Shown piece after piece: positions 10,472-19,664 of a stretch of 64,000 nucleotides of DNA. The notes under the pieces are model-generated. The model saw nothing but the letters and a program-made list of their open reading frames with translations, made no database searches and had not been told where the DNA came from. This DNA is from an uncultured Acidobacteriota bacterium (lineage in GTDB: Bacteria; Acidobacteriota; Thermoanaerobaculia; UBA5066; DATFVB01). The DNA is taken from contig CAWEYG010000002.1 in assembly GCA_963813155.1 (NCBI GenBank), positions 384,001-448,000 of the forward strand. Direction: 5' to 3'. Both the position numbers and the translations under genes were made by a program. Numbering within the stretch: the stretch's first letter is position 1; every line of letters starts with the position of its first letter.

Positions 10472-12292
10472 ATGCGACGACGATCGGCCCCATGGCTTTT
10501 CCCAACTCTCGCCCTGGCGGCGGTTCTCGGCGCCGCACCCGCCTTCGCCCAGTTTTTCGGCAACCTGGCGGTCACCGACCCGTCAGGTAACCCCCTTGCG
10601 GACAACATTTTCAACACGCGAGACCAGGTTTTCTTCACCGCCGGACCGGCCGACGCGCGCTGCTCGATCGGGGCGCTTTCGGACGGCGTGTACGCGTTTC
10701 AGGTGACCGACGCCGCGGGAACGACGCTGCTTTCTTCGGACGGCGTCGCGAATCGCATGTTCATCGTCTCCGGCGGCGTGATCACGGACAACGCTCCGGG
10801 GGGCACGCACGTCGCATCGGCTCCCGTCACGGCCTGCGGGGCCCATCTCGTGGCCGTTTCGCCGTACAACCTGGCGCCAAAACAGACCGGCGTCTACAAG
10901 CTGTGGGTACAGCCGGCTTCTTTCTGCGGCGCCAGCGGCTGCGACTTCCTTCCGCAGAACAGCGACACCGTCAATTTCGTCGTGCGAGAGAAGGCCCGCT
11001 GCCTGGAGACGCACTGCATCTCTGGCCTCGTGTTCTCCGACACGAATGACGACGGCGTGCAGCAGTCCGGCGAGCCGGGCCTTCCGGGCGTCCTCGTCGT
11101 CGCGCGGGATTCCCGGGGCATCGCGAACACGGCCGTGACCGGTCCCGACGGGTCGTTCACGATCTGCGGTTTGACGGAGACGGGCTACACGATTTCCGAG
11201 CTCGTTCCGACCGGCTACCAGCAGACGGCGCCCGCAGGCGACCGCCAGATTTCCCGCTACCTTCGCGTCGCGAACTTCGCGTACGTGCTCACGATCTGCA
11301 ATACGAGCACGTCAGGGCTGGTTTTCGGAAACTTCCCCCTGCCCGGATCCATCTCGGGAATGAAATTCAACGACGCGAACGGCAACGGGCTGCTCGATCC
11401 GGGCGAGGCCGGCGTCGGCGGCGTGACGATCAATCTCTTCACGGGCAACGCTGCGACGGGATCGCCTCTGGCCACCGCCGTCACCGACGGCTCCGGGAGT
11501 TTCTCGTTTCCGAACCTGGTCGCGGGAGTCTATTCGCTGACGGAAATCCTTCCGAGCGGCTACCGCCAGACCTCGCCCTCCATCCTGGGCGGCGGGTTCA
11601 ATGTCGTGTCCGTGGCGCCGGGACAGAATGTCCAGGGCATCCTCTTCGGAAACCAGCTGATCCCGCAGTTCGGCGCGATCTCGGGAATGAAATTCAACGA
11701 CCTGAACGGCAACGGCGTGCTCGATCCGGGAGAGCCCGGCCTGGGCGGCGTGACGATCCTCCTGGCCCCGCCTGTTGGAGACCCGAACGCGACGACGACC
11801 GACTCTTCGGGAAACTTCTCGTTCCAGAATCTCGCGCCGGGCAGCTACACGCTTTCCGAAGTCGTTCCGAACGGGTACCAGCAGACTCTTCCTCCGCCGC
11901 CGGGGACGATGACGGTCACGGTGACCGCGGGAAATACGGTCTCCAACGTCCTCTTCGGAAACCAGCTGATTCCAGTCACGGTACCGAAGGGCTCGATCTC
12001 GGGCTTCGTCTACTACGATTTCAACAAGAACAAGGTCCAGGACCCGAACGAGAACGGACTGCCGGACGTCACGATGAACCTGTTCGACCTGTCCAACCAC
12101 CTCGTCGCGACGACGACGACCGACGCGAACGGCCTTTTCACCTTCTCGAACGTCCCCGCGGGCGATTACACGGTCTCCGCCGTTCCGCCGGAGAAGTTCT
12201 TTCAGACGGTTCCGCTCAACAACGCCCCGATCAGTGTTCACGTGGACCCCGGCCAGCAGGTGACGGGGCTCGTGTTTGCTTTGACGTGCTGA
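10472..12292 (+). CDS. Secreted SdrD B-like repeat protein (putative adhesin)
   Basis: Signal peptide; four ISG..F.DxNxNGxxDxGE repeats (Ca-binding SdrD/Cna-B type). Confidence 0.85.
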   Translation: MRRRSAPWLFPTLALAAVLGAAPAFAQFFGNLAVTDPSGNPLADNIFNTRDQVFFTAGPADARCSIGALSDGVYAFQVTDAAGTTLLSSDGVANRMFIVSGGVITDNAPGGTHVASAPVTACGAHLVAVSPYNLAPKQTGVYKLWVQPASFCGASGCDFLPQNSDTVNFVVREKARCLETHCISGLVFSDTNDDGVQQSGEPGLPGVLVVARDSRGIANTAVTGPDGSFTICGLTETGYTISELVPTGYQQTAPAGDRQISRYLRVANFAYVLTICNTSTSGLVFGNFPLPGSISGMKFNDANGNGLLDPGEAGVGGVTINLFTGNAATGSPLATAVTDGSGSFSFPNLVAGVYSLTEILPSGYRQTSPSILGGGFNVVSVAPGQNVQGILFGNQLIPQFGAISGMKFNDLNGNGVLDPGEPGLGGVTILLAPPVGDPNATTTDSSGNFSFQNLAPGSYTLSEVVPNGYQQTLPPPPGTMTVTVTAGNTVSNVLFGNQLIPVTVPKGSISGFVYYDFNKNKVQDPNENGLPDVTMNLFDLSNHLVATTTTDANGLFTFSNVPAGDYTVSAVPPEKFFQTVPLNNAPISVHVDPGQQVTGLVFALTC

Positions 12293-12308
12293 CGCACGGA
12301 GGAAGAGG

Positions 12309-13343
12309 ATGAAACATCAGAAAGCGGTACGACTCCTGGGAATCTTCGCGGCCGCCGCGCTCGCGGCCGGCGCCTCTGTCGCGCGAGCGCAGGACAGGTC
12401 GGATGTCAGCGATCGGACGGCGACGAACGTTCTGAAGGGCGACACGTATGTCGGAGCGCAGATCGGCGTCGATTTTCTCGGCGACACGAACTACAAGTGC
12501 CGCTGTGACTCCCGGCAGAGCGACTTTCTCCTGTACGGAGGCCGGTTCGGACACTTCTTCACCGACCACGTCGCGGGCGAGATCACTCTGAACTGGATCG
12601 ATTTGCATCCCGGCTTCTACGACGCGTCGCTCGGCGTCATGTACGACTTCACGCCCACGCAGGTAGGCTGGAACACGTACGTCGGCGTCGGCGGAGGGAC
12701 GGAGCGGCAGCACATCAGCGGAATTGGCGAAGGCTTCGCGTACATCGGGGTCGGCTCCGAGTACCGGTTCAACCACGCCGTCGGAGCGCGATTCGAGCTT
12801 CGCGGCGAGCACGTGTTCGGCGAGCCGTTCTTCGGCGGCAGCTCCCACACGGACGTCCAGCCCAATGTCGGCGTCGTGCTCCACTTCGGGGCGCCCGCAC
12901 CCCCGCCGCCGCCCGCGGCGCCCGCGCCGGAGATGCCGAAGCCGGCTCCTCCGCCGCCCGCGCCGGCGCCGCCGGAGGCCGCGCCCGTTCCGCCGCCGCC
13001 CGTCGTCGAGGCGCCTCCGCCTCCGCGGATGTCGACCGACGAGATTCCCTTCGATCACGGCAAGTCGCGGCTCACGAACATCGCGAAGGCCGTGCTGGAC
13101 CGGGTCGCCGCCCGGCTGAAGGACGACCTCCACGCAACGGTGACGATTACGGGCTACCCGGACGTTTCCACGCCGGAGCGGGACAGGGAACGTCTCGCGA
13201 CGCAGCGCGCCGAAAACGCGAAGGAATACCTCGTCACGCGGCACGGCATCGACGCCGGGCGGATCTCGGTCCGGACGGACGCGGCGTCCTCCGGCAGCGA
13301 GACGAAGGCGGTCGTGACCGTGACGTTCAGCCGGAGCTCGTAG
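12309..13343 (+). CDS. OmpA family protein (beta-barrel + Pro-rich linker + OmpA-like domain)
   Basis: Signal peptide, amphipathic strands, poly-Pro linker, IPFDHGKSRL...TGYPD...LATQRAENAKEYL. Confidence 0.85.
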   Translation: MKHQKAVRLLGIFAAAALAAGASVARAQDRSDVSDRTATNVLKGDTYVGAQIGVDFLGDTNYKCRCDSRQSDFLLYGGRFGHFFTDHVAGEITLNWIDLHPGFYDASLGVMYDFTPTQVGWNTYVGVGGGTERQHISGIGEGFAYIGVGSEYRFNHAVGARFELRGEHVFGEPFFGGSSHTDVQPNVGVVLHFGAPAPPPPPAAPAPEMPKPAPPPPAPAPPEAAPVPPPPVVEAPPPPRMSTDEIPFDHGKSRLTNIAKAVLDRVAARLKDDLHATVTITGYPDVSTPERDRERLATQRAENAKEYLVTRHGIDAGRISVRTDAASSGSETKAVVTVTFSRSS

Positions 13344-13374
13344 CGCCGGCGATCACCTGCTCGATTTTCTTCCC

Positions 13375-13402
13375 AGCCCCCTCTCCGGAGGGGGCTTTTT
13401 TT
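13375..13402 (+). terminator. Rho-independent terminator
   Basis: AGCCCCCTC-TCCG-GAGGGGGCT followed by a T tract. Confidence 0.85.
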
Positions 13403-13404
13403 GC

Positions 13405-13809
13405 TTAGTAAACCCCGCCGCTCAGGAAAATCAACGCGATCCAGAACCCGCGCACGAACCGAAACAGCACGAGCGGCACGAGCACCGAGCCCGCTCCCCA
13501 GATCAGGAGCTCCCGCTTCAGCCCGATGTCGGGAAGAAAGATCACCGGCACGAGGAGCAGCACGAGCGAAATCGTCAGGTTGATGTCCATCGAGCCGAGC
13601 CAGAGCCCCGCCTCCCGGTCGAACCGAACCCCGCAGCGCGAACACTCCGAGTACATGGCAACGTACGTTCGGAAGAGCTTTCCGCCGCCGCAAACGGGGC
13701 AGCGCAGGCGGATCCCCCTCCACACCGCGATTCGGGCTCCCGCCGTCGTCACGGGAGATCGTGCGGTTCTCGTGCGAAGCAGCGGCGCGACCGCTTTCAC
13801 GGCATCCAT
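13405..13809 (-). CDS. DUF983 family membrane protein
   Basis: RLRCPVCGGGKLF...CSRCG zinc ribbon plus two TM helices. Confidence 0.8.
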   Translation of the reverse strand: MDAVKAVAPLLRTRTARSPVTTAGARIAVWRGIRLRCPVCGGGKLFRTYVAMYSECSRCGVRFDREAGLWLGSMDINLTISLVLLLVPVIFLPDIGLKRELLIWGAGSVLVPLVLFRFVRGFWIALIFLSGGVY

Positions 13810-13847
13810 TAGACCACCATCGAGCTAAGATCCGGCCGGGAGGAGTC

Positions 13848-15608
13848 ATGATTCGAGCCGTCGTCCTGGGAATTCTCGTCCTTTGCGCCTCGGGCGCGGC
13901 GGCGCAGAGCGCGGCCACCGAAGACGCCCGGCTGCGGTCGTTTTTCGACCGGGAATGGCAGTGGGGCCTGGAGCAGTTTCCGGAGGGAGCGACGTCGCTC
14001 GGCGACAACCGCTACAGCGACCGCCTGACCGACCTCTCCCCCGCCGCTCTCGAAGCCCGAAAGCGGCACACGACGGCGGCGCTCGCCGAGCTCCAGGGCT
14101 TCCACCGCGATCGCCTGTCGCCCGTGAACCGGATCAACCTCGACCTCTATCGGTACGACCTCGAGATCGCGCGCGACGGCGACGCCTTTCCGGCCGAGCG
14201 AATGCCGATCGGCCCGCGGTCCGGCGTCCAGATGGACCTTCCGAGCTTGCCGCCGCAGACGCCGTTTCACGGCGAGCGCGACTACGAAATGTATCTCGCG
14301 CGCCTCTCCGCGATTCCCCGGCAAATCGACCAGGTGATCGCGCTGATGAAGGAAGGCGTCCGAACGGGCTGGGTCCCCGCCGCGATCTCCCTCTCGAAGG
14401 TCCCGGACCAGCTCGCGGCCGAATCGAAGGGAGATCCCGAGAACAGCGAGTTCTTCGAACCGTTCACCCGCTTCCCGGATGCCGTCTCCGCGCCGGAGCG
14501 GGACCGCCTCCGCAAGGCCGGACGAGACGCGATCGCTGCCGTCGTGCAGCCCGCATACGCAAAGCTCGACGCCTACTTCCGCAACGATTACCTCCCCGCC
14601 TGCAGCAAACAAGTCGGAGCCTCCGCGCTCCCGAACGGCGCGGCCTACTACCGGTGGTGCGTGCGACAGCACACGACGACCGATCTCACGCCCGAGGCGA
14701 TCCATGAGATCGGATTGAAGGAAGTGTCCCGGATCCATGCCGAGATGGAGAGCGTCCTCAAAGAGACGGGCTTCCGCGGAAGCTTCGGCGAGTTTCTGGC
14801 CTTTCTCCGAAGCGATCCGAAGTTCTATTACACGGATGCGGCCTCGCTCGTGAGCGGTTACCGCGACATCGCGAAACGGATCGACGGGGAGCTGCCGAGG
14901 CTCTTCGGAAAGCTGCCGCGGAATTCCTACGGCGTAAAGGTGATTCCCGAGCCGGCTCAGCCGGCGCAAACGACCGCGTACTACCAGCAGGGCGCGCCCG
15001 ACGGCTCGCGCGCGGGAAACATGATGATCAACACTTACAAGCTCGAGACGCGCCCGAAATACGAGATGGAGGCGCTGACTCTGCACGAGGCGGTGCCGGG
15101 CCATCACCTCCAGATCTCGCTCGGCCAGGAGCTCGCGGATCTGCCCGACTTCCGGAGAAACGCCTACTACACCGCGTTCGGCGAGGGGTGGGGGCTCTAC
15201 GCGGAGAGCCTCGGCAGCTCACTCGGCCTCTACAAGGATCCGTACTCGCGGTTCGGGCAGCTCACTTACCAGATGTGGCGCGCGTGCCGACTCGTCGTCG
15301 ACACGGGGATGCACGCGATGCTCTGGGACCGTCAAAGAGCCGTTGACTACATGGCCGCAAACACGGCAAAGACGCTGAACGACATCAACGTCGAGGTGGA
15401 TCGCTACATCTCCTGGCCCGGCCAGGCTCTCGCCTACAAAATCGGCGAGCTGAAGATCACGGACCTTCGCGCGCGGGCGGAAAAGGCCCTCGGCCCGAAG
15501 TTCGACGTCCGCAAGTTCCACGACGTCGTGCTCGGCGAGGGGTCGCTGCCGCTCGGCATCCTGGAGAAAAACGTCGACGCGTGGATCGCGGAGCAGGGAA
15601 AGCGGTGA
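13848..15608 (+). CDS. DUF885 family protein (secreted metallopeptidase-like)
   Basis: LHEAVPGHHLQ, EGWGLYAE, RACRLVVDTGMH, PGQALAYKIG. Confidence 0.92.
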   Translation: MIRAVVLGILVLCASGAAAQSAATEDARLRSFFDREWQWGLEQFPEGATSLGDNRYSDRLTDLSPAALEARKRHTTAALAELQGFHRDRLSPVNRINLDLYRYDLEIARDGDAFPAERMPIGPRSGVQMDLPSLPPQTPFHGERDYEMYLARLSAIPRQIDQVIALMKEGVRTGWVPAAISLSKVPDQLAAESKGDPENSEFFEPFTRFPDAVSAPERDRLRKAGRDAIAAVVQPAYAKLDAYFRNDYLPACSKQVGASALPNGAAYYRWCVRQHTTTDLTPEAIHEIGLKEVSRIHAEMESVLKETGFRGSFGEFLAFLRSDPKFYYTDAASLVSGYRDIAKRIDGELPRLFGKLPRNSYGVKVIPEPAQPAQTTAYYQQGAPDGSRAGNMMINTYKLETRPKYEMEALTLHEAVPGHHLQISLGQELADLPDFRRNAYYTAFGEGWGLYAESLGSSLGLYKDPYSRFGQLTYQMWRACRLVVDTGMHAMLWDRQRAVDYMAANTAKTLNDINVEVDRYISWPGQALAYKIGELKITDLRARAEKALGPKFDVRKFHDVVLGEGSLPLGILEKNVDAWIAEQGKR

Positions 15609-15633
15609 ACGAGAACCCGATCTGACCCGGACC

Positions 15634-16203
15634 TCACGGGGAGCTGTGGCCCTCGCACTGCAGCACCCCGAGGTACACGCTCCACGGGCCGACGGCTTCC
15701 CGGTCCTGGTGTGCCAGGACCCTCGAGACCTGATGGAGATGGGTGAGGTCGTGCACGGCCCACGTCGCGAGCAGCTGCGAGAGGGTCACGACCCCGAGCG
15801 ACGGGTGCCGCCCCCGGCGGGCGAGGTCCTCGGGCTTCAGATTCAGCGCGCGCAGCTCGCCGAGGTTCTCCGACCGCAGGGTCGCAAAAAGGTCCAGGAG
15901 CTGAGGGAGAGCCTTTCCCCGGGTTTCCTGCACGAGTCCCTGCCGGTCGAACGGCTCGAACGCGCGGGTCTCGCCGAATTGCAGCACGATCTTCACCCGC
16001 GGAATCCAGTCCGCGCGCTCGCCGTGAATCAGGTGGCCGACGACGTCGAACGCGCTCCAGGTGCTCTCCCCCTCGTTGCGGGACGTCCAGATTTCCGGGA
16101 GGCCGCGCAGGAGCGCGTCGAGAACGCCGGGCGTGCGGCCGAGGAGCGCGATCGTCTCTTCGAGGTCCGGCTCCCTCGCGGCCGGCTCGTTGTCCGTTAC
16201 CAC
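15634..16203 (-). CDS. DinB family protein
   Basis: WSAFDVVGHLIHGERADWIPR...WAVHDLTHLHQ. Confidence 0.85.
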   Translation of the reverse strand: MVTDNEPAAREPDLEETIALLGRTPGVLDALLRGLPEIWTSRNEGESTWSAFDVVGHLIHGERADWIPRVKIVLQFGETRAFEPFDRQGLVQETRGKALPQLLDLFATLRSENLGELRALNLKPEDLARRGRHPSLGVVTLSQLLATWAVHDLTHLHQVSRVLAHQDREAVGPWSVYLGVLQCEGHSSP

Positions 16204-17616
16204 TCGGGCACCTTCCGCTTCTCCGCGGGGACCCTGCCGAAGGTCCCCGGCATGTCCGCCGCGACGTACGCGACGACGGCCGTCGCCGCGATCGCCTGAG
16301 CCAGGTTCTCGGCGTCGATCTTGTCGAACGTGTCGTCGGCCGAATGGTGGATGTCGAAGTAGCGCGACGCGTCCTGGTTGAGCTCGATCAACGGCACGCC
16401 GAACGCTCGCAGGCGCCCCACGTCCGCCCCGCCGTCCGTTTCGTTCGCCGTTTCGGCGATCCCGAGCGGCTTCAGGAGCTCCGCGATGTCCGCGAGCGCG
16501 CCTTGCCCTTCCGCGCCGGCCAGCCACGAGATTTTGTAGACGCGGTCGGTCCCGAGGTCCATTTCGAGCGCCGCGACGTGTGCGACCCAACTCGTCTTCG
16601 TGCGCTTTCGCGTACGCGAGAGAGCCCCGGCCTCCGTTCTCCTCGTTCGCGTAGAGGACGACGCGAATCGTCCGGGAAGGCCGGCCCGGGAGGGACGCGA
16701 TCAGGCGCGCGGCCTCGATCACGATTCCGACGCCCGCGCCGTCGTCGATCGCGCCCGTGCCGAGGTCCCACGAATCGAGGTGCGCCCCGAGGAGCACGAT
16801 TTCTTCCGGTGACCGGGAGCCCCGGATCTCCCCGACGACGTTCGCGCCCTCGCGGTCGGGAAGCGTCGCGCACCCGAGCGTGAACCGAACGGTGACCGGC
16901 CCCGCGGCCCGCGAGCCGTTCGAGCAGGTCGGCGTCGGGCCCCGAGAGCGCGGCCGCGGGAAGAGTTTTCGACCCGGCTTCCACCTTCATCGCGCCCGTG
17001 TGCGGGAGACGGCCGGAAGAGGTTCCCACCGTCCGGATCAGGACGCCCGCCGCGCCGCCTTTTGCCGCCTCGAACGGTCCCGAGTACCGTATCGGAACGG
17101 TCGCGCCGTATCCCCCTCCGTCGCGGGATCGGGGCATCCGCTGCCGGTAGAACACGATCGCGCCGCGGACGGCGCTCGGTTTCCGCCGCAGGAGCTCCTG
17201 GAGGGCCTCCACGTTCTCGACCATGACGACCGGGGCTTCGAGGCCTCCGCTCGGCGTGGCCGCGCTTCCGCCCGAGGGCCGTCAGCACGAGCTTCTGCCG
17301 CGACGGGAGCCACGACCTCGCCGCTCTCTTCGCCCCGTGTCCAGCGCGGCTCCATCAGCGGTTCGGAATGAACGTTCTCGAAGCCCAGTTTCCGGAGCTC
17401 GGCGAGGGCCCAGCGTTCGGCGGCGCGCGAGCCGTCCGAGCCCGCCAGGCGCGAACCCACGCCGTCCGTCAGCGATTCCACGATCGCCGGGCCCCCGGTC
17501 GCGCGAAGCGCCGACTCCCGAAGCCGCGCGGCTTTTCCGACAACTTCGGGCGGCAAACCGGCCGCGGCTCCGACCGCCAGACCCAGGAACAGAGCAAGGA
17601 AGAGCCTTCGTTTCAC
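16197..17616 (-). CDS. M28 family peptidase (carboxypeptidase Q-like), ~3 frameshifts
   Basis: Fragments in three frames: signal peptide; GSRLAGS; LPHTGA; GAHLDSWDLGTGAIDDGAG; NEENG; YFDIHHSADDTFDKID. Confidence 0.85.
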
Positions 17617-17690
17617 GGAACCTCCGCGCGCGAATTCTAGCCGCATTTGTGCCATAGTTCCGCGCAAGAATTCCGGCGAAAGGAGGATTC

Positions 17691-18098
17691 ATGGAGAGAA
17701 CCGGCTCAAGGGGAAAGTTTCTGGGGACGGCGCTCGCATTGCTTTTCTTCGCGGCGGCCACGCCCGCCAGGGCCGCTGGAGTCCTCGACGGCAAGTCGTT
17801 CGTCGCGGAGACCGGCGAACAGGGGAAGAAAGCGGACTCGAAGGACGAGATCGTCTTTCGCGACGGCAAGTTGCGATCGACCGCCTGCGACAGCTACGGC
17901 TTCGGCGACGGCGCCTACACGACGATGGACCACGGCGGAGCCGGCACGATGTTCCACGCCCGGACCGAAAGCGCGAAAGAAGGCGCAATTGAGTGGGGTG
18001 GAATGGTGAAGGGCGACGCGATCGACGGGACGTTCGTCTGGACCAAGCCGGGCCAGAAACCCATCACGTACTGGCTCAAGGGAACTCTCAAGAAGTAG
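17691..18098 (+). CDS. Secreted hypothetical protein
   Basis: AGGAGG RBS, signal peptide, LDGKSF...STACDSYGF. Confidence 0.75.
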   Translation: MERTGSRGKFLGTALALLFFAAATPARAAGVLDGKSFVAETGEQGKKADSKDEIVFRDGKLRSTACDSYGFGDGAYTTMDHGGAGTMFHARTESAKEGAIEWGGMVKGDAIDGTFVWTKPGQKPITYWLKGTLKK

Positions 18099-18109
18099 AG
18101 GAGGAGGTC

Positions 18110-18826
18110 ATGAAACGAGCTTTTCTTTCCATCCTGGCAGGCGCGGCGTTTCTCGCCCTCGTGGGAGCGGCGGGCACCAAAGAAAACCGCTCGAAGACGT
18201 ACAGCGTCGCGGCCGACACGATCGAGGGCTGCTCCTGCCCGCTGTTCTGCACCTGCTATTTCGGCGCTTCCGCCGACGAGCACATGTGCGAATTCAACAA
18301 CGTCTACAAATTCCGCCCGGGGAGCCACTACGGCAGCGTCGATCTCTCGGGACAGATGGTCTGGCTTTCGGGCGACCTCGGCGGCGAATGGCACAAGAAG
18401 CCCGGACCCGGGATGCCCATGAAGTGGGCCGTCGTCACGTTCGACAAGGCTTCCTCCCCCGAGCAGAGAAAGGCCATCACGAGCATCGTCAGCTCCGTCT
18501 TCAACGTCAAATGGGAAAAGCTCTCGACGCGGGAGGATTCCATCTCCTGGCATGAAGACGCGAAGACCGCGCACGCGAAGATGGCCAGCGGAATGGCGGA
18601 GATCAAGCTGGACAAGGCGCTGGGACCCGACCAGAAGACGCCGACCGTCGTCAAGAACCTCCAGTACTGGTTCTCGAATTCGAACGACGGCTTCGCGCTC
18701 GCCTACTCGACCCATCACTTCGACGGCGACCCGAAATTCTCGGAGGAACACAAGAACGGCTTCACGATCGCCTGGAAGGCGAACGGAAAAGTCGAGGCTC
18801 CCGTCCGCCAGAGCGGAACGCCGTAG
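18110..18826 (+). CDS. DUF1326 family protein with signal peptide
   Basis: EGCSCPLFCTCYF...HMCE, GHYGSVDLSG-like motif, SPEQRKAI. Confidence 0.75.
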   Translation: MKRAFLSILAGAAFLALVGAAGTKENRSKTYSVAADTIEGCSCPLFCTCYFGASADEHMCEFNNVYKFRPGSHYGSVDLSGQMVWLSGDLGGEWHKKPGPGMPMKWAVVTFDKASSPEQRKAITSIVSSVFNVKWEKLSTREDSISWHEDAKTAHAKMASGMAEIKLDKALGPDQKTPTVVKNLQYWFSNSNDGFALAYSTHHFDGDPKFSEEHKNGFTIAWKANGKVEAPVRQSGTP

Positions 18827-18845
18827 GAACTCCGGAGTCCATTCG

Positions 18846-18876
18846 AGGGGGCGGTTTCCTGCCGCCCCCTTTCTTT
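18846..18876 (+). terminator. Rho-independent terminator
   Basis: AGGGGGCGG..CCGCCCCCT followed by TTCTTT. Confidence 0.7.
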
Positions 18877-18878
18877 CG

Positions 18879-19664
18879 ATGACCGAAACCGTTCTCGCCC
18901 TGGACAGCGTCTCGATCGACGAAGGTCGCTCGCGTCGCGTCGATCGAGTCTCGTTCTCGATCCCCGCGGGAATCGTCTACGCCCTCCTCGGAAGAACGGA
19001 AATCTCGACGCTCGTCCGATGCGCGCTCGGCCAGCAGAAGCCGTCGGAAGGCCGCGTCCTGCTTTTCGGCGAAGACGCCCGCAGGAATCGACGGAGGCTT
19101 CGGAAGCGGGTGGCCGTCGTCACGGCCGGCATGACGGACTCGTCTCGAATCCCCGAGCTCCGCCGCGCTCTCGAAACTTCGCCCGAGCTGCTCGTCCTGG
19201 AGAATCCGGGGCTCGGGCTCGGCGAGGATGCGCGAAAAGGGCTCTTCGAAGAGCTTCGCGCCGCCTTCGCGCAGCGGCGAATCACCGTTTTCCTCGCGGC
19301 GGCCGAACCGGCGGACATCGAGTCGATCGCGAACCGCGTCGGCATTCTCGCGAAAGGCCGTCTCTCGGTCGACGAGGACCTCCCGGTCCTGCTGCGAAGA
19401 TTCCGCCGGATTTCCTACCGAAACGAAATCACCGAAACGCGAACCGACTACGGCAGCGAGCTGGACGGTTTCGACGCCGTGCGCGTGCGCGCGAGGGGCT
19501 GGGGCGTGGAGGCCGTCGTCTCGAACTTCGACGAGTCTGCGTTCGAAGCATTCCGCCTGCAGGACGGCGTGATGGACGCCGGCGCGACGCCCATGACGCT
19601 CGCGGAGATCTTCGCCGCAGTCGCGGGGGACCCGGCTTCGCCGGATCCGGGATCTCGGACATGA
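18879..19664 (+). CDS. Degenerate ABC ATP-binding-like protein
   Basis: ABC scaffold (VSFSIPAGIVYALLGR, EGRVLLFGED, PELLVLENP, IANRVGILAKGRL). Lacks Walker A GKS/T, LSGGQ and the H-loop His. Confidence 0.7.
   Translation: MTETVLALDSVSIDEGRSRRVDRVSFSIPAGIVYALLGRTEISTLVRCALGQQKPSEGRVLLFGEDARRNRRRLRKRVAVVTAGMTDSSRIPELRRALETSPELLVLENPGLGLGEDARKGLFEELRAAFAQRRITVFLAAAEPADIESIANRVGILAKGRLSVDEDLPVLLRRFRRISYRNEITETRTDYGSELDGFDAVRVRARGWGVEAVVSNFDESAFEAFRLQDGVMDAGATPMTLAEIFAAVAGDPASPDPGSRT

Noticed and set aside
12890-13030. CCG-rich low-complexity tract
   Set aside because: Encodes the ordinary Pro/Ala linker of OmpA.
15634-16797. Apparent M28 peptidase-DinB fusion
   Set aside because: Caused by a frameshift near 16580; the peptidase has its own stop at 16197.
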